A program made the position numbers and the translations under genes. Positions 39,401 through 51,400 of a stretch of 64,000 nt of DNA are shown here, one piece after another (the first letter of the stretch is position 1; every line of letters starts with the position of its first letter). Location of the stretch: the NCBI GenBank assembly GCA_965112155.1, contig OZ218098.1; one strand, given 5' to 3'. The notes below the pieces were generated by a model, which was not told the origin of the DNA, made no database searches, and worked only from the letters and a program-made list of their open reading frames with translations. This DNA is from Podarcis liolepis. Lineage: Eukaryota.

Positions 39401-42400
39401 GGAATCAAACCTACAACCTTGGTATTATCAGCACCACACTCTATAACCAACTGAGCTATCCAGCTGAACAAATCTACGCAGAAGAAAGTCCATCAAGTTC
39501 AATAGAAAGCTCTCCCAAGTAATGTGTGCCTAGGATTGCAGTCTCAATGCGTTTTCTAGGTAGCAGGGAAGCAGATAGGGTGATGTGAAGGTTCTTACAT
39601 TGGTTTAATGAGGCATGCCAGCCCCCAGGGCCTAAGGCAGCAGGCTATTCATGCTTCCTGCTTTAGTATAAGGAATGAATTGTAACACTTTAAACATGTG
39701 TGCCTATTTTGAATGGTCAAATAATTATGGAATCTTAAAACTTCAGCATCACAGAGACACCATCCCCCCACCCAATTATATCAGTGCAGTGATGACCCTG
39801 TTGAAAATAGGGTTGCCAGCTGACCAGAAAAAAAACTGAGCCCAACGTGCTCTCGTGCCTGTTAGAGCACCTGAATATGGAGGAACAAGCAGGTTAAGGG
39901 TTTCAAGGGATGGAGATAAACATCACCTATTTATATATGTTCATCACACTGCTATTAAAGGCACTGTTACAATGGTTGGTTGAAGGTGAGCAGCCAGTTA
40001 CAAGCACCCCCTTCTTGCTCCTGGACCACCTTGACTTCTCCCAGTGCAGCATTTCCTCCTTCCTTACCTTTAGCTGTGCTAAGCTTGCACGTGTAGATAC
40101 CACTATCATCCTCATGCACAGAGGTAAGCAGTAGCTTGCACTTGCGCCCATCGAAATGCATCTTGCACTGGAGCAGAGCAGGCTGGAGCAGGCGCCCCCG
40201 CCATAGCCAGTCCACATCCACATCAGGTGGGCCAGACACCAGGCACTCGAAGAGAGCTGCATCCCCAGCCCCCACCACCACGTCCTGCAGGGGGGCCAGC
40301 ACTGCCAAGGACTGGGTCTCAGGGTGCACTGGGGAAAAGGAGGGGAGGGGGAAGGGAGGAGGAAACGGAAAAAAAGAGAGAGAGAAAGAAAGATGCGTCT
40401 CTGAGCAATGGAACAAAAACAGGAAAAGATGCAGGGCACAAGGTGGGGGAAGCATGTTGTGAGTATTCATGGCTAAGTGAGATTGCCAAGCTGGCCAACA
40501 TCTTGTTGATTGCCAGCAAGAGTAAAGGGTGTGATCTCTTCCCCATCCCTACTGTTAAGTGTCATGCAGTACTCTGACTCCTTTGGTTCAATATTCTCAT
40601 AAGGATAATAATGCTAAGCTAGATTAAACTAGCAATGACTGACTTCAGTGTGCTGAAACTTCACTCACTGCATTTCTGGCTATGTTCAATGTCTATTAGT
40701 TTCTTCAATTGCATAAGTATAATAAACAAAAAAACCCTAGGGCTTCTGCACTCTCCCAGAGTAGCTCTGAGGCATGGCTAACTTTCTACAAGACCTGCAC
40801 AACTCACTGGGGGTAACTAATACCATCACCTTGACAAATAACTTTAAGCTGCTCAAGATGCAAAGGAGGAGGAAGCATATGTATCTTGCACTGCCTGTTC
40901 CTCCCCTACATCTCAAACACCCAAAGCCACGATAAATGCTGAATGGAAAAACCTGATGCAATAACTCCAGTTCTAGTGCTAAACCAGGATGCAAGACTAA
41001 GAACTAAGGAGAAGGAATAAGTTGCTTCCCCCATGGCCCAGTGTCATCTTTCCTCCACACGTCAGGGAACCAACGGCCTGTAAGTTTTGCACACTTCAAA
41101 CTACCAAGTTAAGACAAATCCGAGCAAATACTTCTGTGTGTACTGTGTTTAATACTTCAACAAAATACTACTTGAGGCTGGCAACCCATTAACCACTGCA
41201 ACCAGGAATGAGTAGCAGGAGAGAGGAAGGCAGCCATATTCAGAAGCAAATTAAATGTGAATGAAAGAATGATGGGGTGTGGAGAACACAAGAGCAGGAT
41301 ATTGGGGTAAGAAGGGGACGTGGGGAAAAGGGAGACAGGGGTCTGCGCTAGGAACAAACCACACAGCACTTTTACCAAACAAAACAGACTTTATTTCTTC
41401 TACAAAAAAGGGGTTCACTGTAGCCCAGCCCCTGTGAGACCTTCCCAGAGCGGGGTGGGCACAATGGTAGTAAGAGACTGCATCCCTGGCCTCCTTCATT
41501 AAAGATGCTCCGTAGCCCAGCAGGCTCAAGTCTAGTGGGGTGCCATTATTTCCCTGAGCCCTCCTCCATCCCACACAACTCAGGGGCAAAGGTCCCTTCC
41601 CAGTGAGCTTGTGCTGTCCAGACTTCGTGCAGATAAGGATGCTGCCTTGCGTAAAGCTGAGCATGTAGTCTTCTGCCCACAGACACCTTCTTGGATTTGA
41701 GGGAAAGCAAGGCCTAGATTGGGCCTCCTCCTTCCAAAGCTGCCTCATTTTAGTGTGTGTGGTCCATGGGTGAGCAGCACAAGCCTCTAGAGAAGCTGGC
41801 CAGGGAGCAGACAAGTTAGTGCTCTGCCCCAGGCCCCTGGAAACAGGAGTGTGGAAACGGGGGCAAGAAGACATGGACACATGGAAGAAACAGAGAGCAC
41901 CACACATTGGCCACAGTTCAGGCCAGACAGAAATGGATGCCGGCACGGGGATTAAACACCATCAGCACCTAGAGGTGTAACACCTGGGTACAGGCACAGT
42001 GCCCACCACTGAGATTATATGCCCTAGAGTGGATCACATGGAGACTCGATTGTACAGAGAGGCTTCCTGCCCACGCACTAAGGAGATGCCACAGATTGGT
42101 TCAGCTCACGCAGCTAAGGGCAGCCCAGAACTACTCTCCCACCCACAGTGGCTCACTCCTCCAGCTGCAGCCAGGCCCTGTGGGTCCAGGTGAGTCTCGG
42201 CGCTGGCCATCCAGTGGGTGGGGGCAGGAGCCAAGCCTTGCCAGTCTGGTTTGTTCAGTCAACGCTGGGAGCAGAGGCAACTGCCCAAGTTGTCTGGCTA
42301 GAGCGGCCCAGGGGCCAAGCAGTACCTTAGCTCACTCCCCCTGTACAGACAAAAACACAGTCAGCAAGCAAAGGGTTAGTGTAGCATGGTGGACACAGAG

Positions 42401-45400
42401 GCAAAGCACAGACAAATTCATACATGCCTGGTCAAAGCAAAGGGTTTGCCTGGCAGATACACAGATGTAGACACTGTCTGGCAAAGCAAAAGAGCAAGCA
42501 CAGTGCATTTACACACAGACACACACTCCCATTTGCCTGACAGTGTCCCCTTCTTCCCAAGCCAACCAGTCCAACACTGAAGCCAGGCAGAACCCATTAT
42601 AGGAAGTGTCAGACTCTTCTTCCTATCTAGGTAAAACATGCCACCTGGGAACATTCTGCAGATCCAGTGATCCTAGGAACAGACCCTACAAGTCCTGTTC
42701 ACTCAGGACCTGAAAACAGCCCTGCCTCTATTTCCCTAAAAGGTGATGCAATAGGCCAATCAGAGGGATTTGCATTCAGAACAAGGAGGCAGCAAGAGAG
42801 GCTGATCAAAGTGGAAAGGGCACCTTTTAAATGGGTATAGGGGAAAGAACCAAAAGTCCTGCCAGACTGAGGTGAGCCAATACTAGCATATGCCCTCAGC
42901 TACCAATGACAGAGAAAAATACAGTGCTGGTTCCTTCCAGCCTGCTCCAGTTCCTCCCTACACAAATCCCACTCAGGCCCATATTAGGCATTATGGGGTC
43001 AGGTAACAGAGGCTGAGAAGGGAGCCTCTCCTTTTACTAGATGTAACCAGCATGGGGATAGCATCCCATTTAGGCTCACAGGCACTGTAAAGAGATGCCC
43101 ATGTGGACAGGAGCTGGTTGCTCCAGTGCCAGTCCTACCATTAAGCAAAGCGAGGCAGCTACGTCAGGCAGGAAATGCTGGGGTGGCAACAGCCCCACTA
43201 CAACCATTCTGCCCGAGTCCTATCAACTAGCCTGCTCTGCGCCCTGTAAAGCAACCTGCAGCCCTCAGGTACAGTGGAGGATGCTGCCCCAGCATCAGTA
43301 CTGAAGAAGTAATTTTACTGTAAGTGGTCAGATTCGGTACATGGAATGGGGAGGCACATCCTGCCTTTTGTCTCAGGCAGCAAAATGCCTGGGGTTGCTC
43401 CTTCACCTGGTGGTAGTGACAATGCCTGGCGCATTGCCCCATCTGCACTATACATTTAAAGCAGTATCATAACACTTAAGCCTTAGCTTCCCTAAATAAA
43501 ATCCTGGGAAGTGTCATTTATTAAGGGTGCTCAGAGTTGTTACCTCTATTCCCTTCACAAAGCAACAGTTCCCAGAGTGGCTTAACAATAGAACTCTCTT
43601 CCTGGCAAACTCTGGGAATAGTAGCTCTCTTGAGGAGAGTAAGAGTTTCCTAATACCTCGCAGCAACCTTGACAAACTACAGTTCCCAGGATACTCTGAG
43701 GGAAGCCATGGCTGTTTAAAGTGTTTTGAATGTATAGTTTCTGCTGGAAATGAACTGGAAAGGTGGCAGACCACCACTGGGACCCAGTTCTGGGTACCAC
43801 AGGTTGGGGGGGAAAGGCAGAACCAAGCCAAGAAGAAAAAAGCATAGTAGGATTGAGGGGTCAGGGAGGAGTACTGAGTACTGAGAGCTGGCGGTAAAAC
43901 TTGCTGCTGCTCATTGCCCCAATGATTAGCGTGGAAGCCACTGGCAGAGACAGAGGCTGTCTTTATGGGAATGTGGGAGCAGTACATTGGTATACACAGC
44001 CATCAGGCCCCCTCAGTGGGCTATCTCTCTCGTCTCTTTCCTTTCTGAGCAGAGGCTCACGGTTCCTTTCTCCAAAATTCCACAGCAGCTGCCACTGTTT
44101 CAGCTCAAGGTGGGACGGGGGAGGATTGGGAGAACACAGGCAGTTGGTGCTCGGTTGCTAAGCAACAGCTGAATGCTCTTCTTCCCATCTGGAACAGGCC
44201 TCCAAAGGGTCTCAAGGCAGTTGCGCTTGCCATGCTCAGAAGAAGGCAGCTACCTAGGGAGGGCTCCTCAGGAGAACAAGCCTAGCCTAGTGCAGGGACG
44301 GTCCAACTTTTCCTACCTACTTCAATACGGAACCTGCGGGCCGCACGCTGTCTTGTTGTGCCAGGGTGGGGGAGAGCGAAAGGCCAAAATTTGACACCTC
44401 ACCCCGCAACCTCATGCTGCCTGGAAGGAGGCGCAAGGCTTTGGGCAGTCTCCTAAGGCCCTTCCAGCTTCTTCTCAGAGCTGAGAAAGTGCTAACTTTC
44501 TGACCCTGTCAGAGCCCTCACACTTCCTTCCCAAAGCCCAGAGCCTTTGGGAAGGCAGTGCAAGGGCTGGAAGGGTGAGAGGGTGTCAAATGTTGCTGAG
44601 GATTGCCAAAAAACGGGCTTGTGTTGGACTGCCCTAGTGGCTAGTGGCTCAGAGCATGCCCACAGAGCTGAAGAGTAGTGAAGTGGGTGGCCCACTTAGC
44701 CCTTTCCTCTTTGTTTATTCACACACACTGTCCCCACCCACAGCTTTCCCACCCATGGGCGGGTGAAATTTTGAGTGTACAAATAAATGGAATGGAGAAA
44801 AATGAAGAAGCATCCCCTTCCTGTTGCTGTTCTTACTAGGGTGCTTTCAGATGACTGGTGCTAATTAGCATTCACCCTCATTTGTTTACAGGAAGATTAG
44901 AGGATGTTGGCTATTTAATGAACATTCATCCTGATTTGTTTGTGGGAGGTTAAATGATGTTGCATCATTTAAGCAAGTGTTACCCTATACTACCCAGTGT
45001 GCTTTCCCATCACTTTCCTTATTGGAAAGAGTCCTATCTTTGGGGGGTGTAGAGACCTCCCAACCAACTATAATTGTGCAACCTGAAATTTCCCAGTATG
45101 TGACTGAATCCCACCCAAAAATAGACTGGGAGCACTCCTAATCCCAGCATCAAAGGCTGATCTCAATCCCAGCATCATAAGCATCCACTATCCCAAAACG
45201 AAGTATCTCATCTAGCTTGGCCCCATTCCCTCCTTCCAGGGGTCCCCAGTTCTAAGGAGGCAAGTAAAATTCCCAGGATTCTCTAATGAAAGTCATGAAT
45301 AGTGACAGTCCAAAACATTTTGGTGCCTGAGGCAGGAAATCCAAATCTATTAATTAATTTGTTGCTTTTTAACATTACTTAATAGCTGCTACCAGAGGTG

Positions 45401-48400
45401 GCACACCTCACCCTATCCATGCCACTTAAAATGAAAGAAAAACCAATATAAGCTTGTAGCATAGAATAATGGTTTAGCTTACTGTTGATTTTAATTAGTT
45501 TTAAATGTTTTCTAAGTACCTGTTTAACTGTCTTTTATTTATACTTTTAATGTTTCTTTTTTTCTGGTCAAACAGCTTTGTGGTTTTATTACTATAAAGT
45601 TGTGTAAGTTTTGCTAAATAAAATAAATAAATAGTCAAGTCCCCAGTTCTAATCTGCCTTTTACTACACTGATCTGGAGGCCCTCAGCAAGCCACTATCT
45701 TCTTAACCTCAAGCCCACCTTGGCAACACGGGTATAACTACCATACAAGTCTGCTGTAAGGATTTCGGAAATGCTTTCAACATTCAAAGAGTGTTAAAGA
45801 TATCCTAAGTAGTATTTATGTTCAGGAACTCATGATACCTTCTTGCTTTCAGCTGAACCTCTCTCCTCTCCTTGCCCCATTTACCAGAGTAGTCCACAGA
45901 AACCTGATTGCTTGTGCCTCTTGATAATCTGCTGTTAGGCTGAAGTTCTAAACTGGAGCTCTAAATTTCTTAGACTCATGATGAAAAAAGGGCAAAATTA
46001 AGTCAAGGGCTGTCATGAATTCTAGGGGCAGGAGACAGAGTTACAATACAACCAGAAACAAGCAACCATGGAGCCACAGGCTACTTGTGGGCAGAGGATT
46101 CATATAGGTCACAGGATGTTGGGGGGGGGGGGGAGTCAGAAGCATGCTTAGATGAGTGCGTAAACCAAGGAAATAGGCATGCAAGCAGGATATTCTGGGG
46201 ACAGCCCATGGCAGGCAAGCATTAATCTTCATGCTCTGTGGCTTCCAAAGGTACCTTGTACATCAAGCTTGGCCTCACACTGCTTGGTGCCATACTCATT
46301 GATGGCCTTGCAGGCATAATAGCCAGCATCAGTGCACTCCACCATGCGGATATGTAGGCAGAAAGATCCATCGTCCTCCTCCACAGCAGAAATGCGCCGC
46401 CCATACTTTATTGGATGCCTGTTCTTCAACCTAGAGGACAGAGGAGAGGGTCTGAGAGCCTGCAGTGCTTGCAACTCCATCCAACTTCACAAAATGCTTC
46501 TTCTGTCATCTCATCTCACCATCCCTCCTCCAAAGCAGCATGCCTCAGGAAGAGGCTACATACTTCATTTGGACGGTCAATTCTGCATTGGCCTTCCCCC
46601 AACCTTGTTGCTACTACAAACATAGCTTTTGGTACAATATAGTCAAGGCAGTTCAAGCCATAAGATCAGAGATCCCCCTTTTTTTTTTTGCCATTACATC
46701 CAGTCCTATCAGTCTCAGGTCTGATTCTTGATACATTCTGGAAGGCCGAGGACCTGCTTTCTTTTTGCCATCCCACCACTTACATACAAAACAAACCATT
46801 TTCAGGTTGGATGGGTCTTGTGCCATTTGGAAAGCAGCCTTGTCTGTTTAATATTTTGCCAGTCTACATATCACACAGTTGTTAGTCAGTTGTGGAGTAC
46901 TGAAGGCCAGACAGGAAAAAATAAAATAAACCCAACACTCTTCTTGATGTACGCAAGTTCCCTTACTGGTTGCCTGAGAGAGATTCTTATTTTGCAAAAC
47001 TGGGAAAGCTTCGCCACCCATATCATCCCAGGACAACATGGCTACTTGTGAAGTTATGCTGTATCATAAAACCCACTCACCAGTGCACAATGGGCTTTGG
47101 CTCTCCCTGTACCCGAATGCGCAGGACCACATCCTGCCCCTCCAGTACTTCCTGGTCACTCAGTGTCACCTGCAAGAGAGAGTGTCAGGATCATGCCAAC
47201 TGCAAAGGGAGATGGGAAGCAAGTTCTCTTTAAGGCAGGGGGCAGGGATAAGCAGAGTGCAGGGCAAGCTCTGCTAGGTGCAATACCTTCAGTGGAGTAA
47301 AAGCTGGAATTTACTTTTTGCCTCAAATGTCTGAGCATGTCAAAAGCCCAGGGCCCCCAACCCCAATCCAAGGGAGTGCCGGTTTATAAGCTGAATCCTC
47401 ATTCAAGTATGCAAAAGCCATAGGTTACTTTCCACTGTCATGCCCTCCTGCGCTAGTCTCACCACCTGCTCACCTCAAAGGACGGGGCTGCCTTGAAGTT
47501 GATGCCCACATGCACCGGGGGTGGGCCAATCTCGGATCGGGGTTGCACTTTCATGACAGGGTGGTGCCGCGGGGTGCCAGACTCAGGGAACTCTTCCAAG
47601 GGGCTCAGGTACTCTTCATCTGATGTGACAGGGCTGCTGAGCTCGTGATGGGGTACCAATCGGCTGTGGGACTCTGCGGGAGCTAGACAGGCAGAAGAGG
47701 GTTAGGGCATGGCTTGTGCACAGCACATTGAAGCAGCAAAGCTCTCCAGCTCAAGGGGGAAAGCAGCACCAGGACATAGCCGCCCACCTAGCAGCCAGGG
47801 CTCATATACAGGGATTTTAGTTGACGGTTTAGCCACAAGCACAGAGTAAATGATATAATCTAGCTTTCTACATGATAGCCCAGTGCACCTACAGTGTATT
47901 CTAAGGGATGAGGTTCCCATTTGCTTTTGCTTTTAAAAAAAATAGCACATGAAGAGGGGGCACATACAAAAAGTAATAACACAAATTGACCATTGGAATA
48001 CATTGGTTCCTTCAAAATAGTAATAGAAATCCATTGCAGCAGGAAATGTTTGGTTACTTATGCTATCTTTAGATACTCTTACTGGGGCATTATGGCTACC
48101 AGCTTCCTAGCAGGCTCCATCCCACTCTGCTGATGTGGGATGTAACACATTGTCAACTCTTCATACATGATTTTCATCATTCAAACATTACTAGAGCAGC
48201 CCCAGATGGAAACTTGGGGAAGTGGCAAGCATATAATGTAACAGTGGCCCTGGCCCTGAAACAAAAACACAGACCCTAAGGGTGTGCGATGGTTAGAGTG
48301 TTTTCATTCTTTGCTTTCCCCTGCTCCTTCTTATGTATGCAAGTTTCCAGTTTCCTGCCCCTACCTAAGCCAACTAACACCCCATTAGTTCTTTCCATCC

Positions 48401-51400
48401 TTCCTCTTGACTGTTCCACTATGCCCTATTTTGCAATTAGGACACTGCACTTAGCCTAGCATGAACATTGTTATCTCAAACAGACCTTTGCTGCTTCTGT
48501 GGAATGGAGCCTAGAGGCTGATTTAGAACAGAACCACACAATCAGAAACATCACATGGTATACAGCCCTCCTAGGCCCGTATCATTCAAAATGCAGTTGA
48601 AGGATCACATGTTTGAATGCTACCCGTTTAATTAAATTAACTATCTTTGTAAGTAGAAAAGTAAGAGAGACTAAGTCAGAACCCTCCTTCTTCCTGACAT
48701 ACTTTCCACAGACATGGAGGTTGTTTTGGTTTTTCTTTTAATGACAAACATGTGAACTTCCCTCCTCCTGCATTCTGAAGAGGCAGGACTGCACCATGTG
48801 ACATTTCTGAATTATGTTTGTCTTCATAACTGAGATGGTAAAATCCTTCTGCAAGGATTTTATCAATTCAGTTTTCTATGGAGAGGCTTGTATCCAAACT
48901 CACCCCCATATGACAACTATCAGTTCAAGAAAGAATGTTAGTTTTCAGATATTCATCAGCCATGAAGCTCACCTTGGGCAAGTCTTACCTACCCCAAAGG
49001 GTCATTGTGAGGACAAAACAAAATAAAATTGGGGCTGAGGGGAAACCATTATGTTTTCCTGAAATCCTTGGAGGAGGAGTGAGATTAAAGTGTATTAACA
49101 AATAAATAAACGTAGTAATGACCTACAATTTTTTGACTAATTTTCATGCATTTGTGTATAATGGGGCCCTTTCAGAGAAACAGCTCTTTGTGGAAATCTG
49201 TTGTGGCAAAGTCACGAGGTGAAAAGTTTGGCACCTCAAATATGCATATATGAATCTGCACAAACAACATCTCTATTAGTGTGTAATTTGCATAGTGCAT
49301 TGTTTAGAATAAATAAATGTAAATAATTTGATCATCTGGGTTGTGAAACTCTTCTTGCAGTTAGGCTCTAGTCTATATTCAATCCTCTTACCCAGAAAGA
49401 GGCAGAGTGAAGAAACAGAAACAACATGTCATTTTCTCAGTACTGCTTTAGAAGATATCAAATCCAACACTGCCTGTAACCCTGCCAAGTCCCATGGGCA
49501 TACAGGGAAGCCCACGGCTGATATATATCTATGCCATCTCCATCTGGTAAAAATAAAGACTTTAAACAGTCATGAATCAGGCAACTCCAATCATGGGCGC
49601 CAGTACTCTTTTTCTTGTTGGCAGCATCGTTCCTGGCTTGCTCTCCCTGAAAGGGGCCAAGGTGACATTAGTAGCTGGGACAACTACAACTTGCAGTGTA
49701 TGCATTGTGAGAAGAGCAGGCCTTGTTGTGGGGCCAGTTAGTGGAAATAGTCTTGTGGCAATTTCTGTGGCAATGCTGCCCTTCAAGCTGAGTAAGAATG
49801 GGTGGGGTGTTTACAAGAAAATCTACAGAGACAGGATAGGTTTCTTAGCCCTTTGAACAAAATAGAAGAAAGAAGCAGAGGTGTGTTCGATCCAGACAAA
49901 AGGGTGAGTCTTTCAAAGCCTTCCATCATGCTCTGCTGCAGGCAGGGAAAGATTATCTTGTGTGGATGGGAATGGCCTGCCTTGTAGTTCCTTGCTTCCC
50001 CCTATCCCCAAAGACAAGGTAAAACACCTTAGTATAAGAGTCTCTCTCACCTCCAAGTTTCTGGACAACAAGGTAAGAGGCCTAGAGAGAATTTGAGGCG
50101 GGCTTTCCCTTCTGCAGCCCCATTGCTTTGGGAGGTTATAGCCCAATAAATTCTCAGCCCCCAGAGGGGCACCCAAAGCAGAATCCCATTTCTTCCTACC
50201 TATAGGGCAGATGTGGTGAAGTTGGAGGGTCCCTTCACACCATTCAGTTGTACAAACAAAGGGTTAATGGGAGCAAGAGACACTCTCCCTTCTCCGCTTC
50301 ACCCATCTCTGTTCCTCTCAAAACGCCCACCTAGTTGTTGAAAAGTTGCGTTCCCTCTCCCTGCCGAGTTCCCAGTTCCAAACCCACTAAAGCTGCAATC
50401 CTATACACACTTACCTGGGTTTAAGTTCCATTGAACGCAGCGGGACTTACTTCCGAGTAAACATGCATAGGATTGCAGCGCAAGAACGCAGGGAACAAAC
50501 GGCGCGCCCCTCCCGAGCCTGCAATCGGCGCGGCAAAGAGGATCCTACAGCCATTTCCCGAGGATGATCTCTCTCTCTCTCTCAATCCCCGATTTTCAAA
50601 CACAGCGTCCGACACGGAGGAGATGAGTGGGCAAACGGATCCTCAACGGAGGCGCCATAGGCCGGACAGAATCCAGGAGCCTCTTCGGAACCGCCTTCCC
50701 TTGAGCCACAGCCGAGGAAGGCATCTGCGCTCCAGACAGACGCCGACCCCAGCCCCTCCAGGGCTCACATTTCAGATCAACAGACGGGCGACCTCATTTG
50801 CATCCTTTCGGATAATTCATTTGCACGTGCCCAGGAACGCTTGCAAGCTGCAGGCGCCGCTGACACGGGTTTCCCTGCGGAGTTTGTGGTCCGGAACACG
50901 GATCAGGAATCGGAGTCGGTCCGCCAGCCAGCTCGACCTCCCCCGCCGCCACCTCGTGGGGTTGGTGCTGAAAGCCCAGCAGTCCAGGCCGTCTCTCCCT
51001 TCTTCCCCGCATTCAAGACTGCTGCTGGCTGTTTGTCAGCCAGGCTGGCCTAAACCAAGCCTTGTAGGGTAAAGGCAGCCTCATCTCTCTTTCAGCAATA
51101 GCAGCGGCAGCAGCCTGAGGCACCACAAGGTTGACAGAAAAAGACCTAGCCTAGGATGCTAACTAAGCCCCAAGGCACGAAACTGCTTCTCCCCAAACTT
51201 GGCCTGGGAAGGAATATGACTCTACAACCCTCCCTTGGCCTTCAGGGATTCAGCTGGTCCTCTCTGGGCTGCCTTCACTGCGTTCATCACACACTTATAA
51301 TGATATAATAATAATTTATTATTTGTACCCCACCCATCTGGCTGGCTTTCCCCGGCCACTTACCTGGCCGCACAGTCAAGATGGCACTGCAGCAGGCCTC

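Noticed and set aside
50473-51072. 199-aa + strand ORF over the CpG island
   Set aside because: Non-ATG start and Arg/Pro-rich composition typical of GC-rich non-coding DNA.
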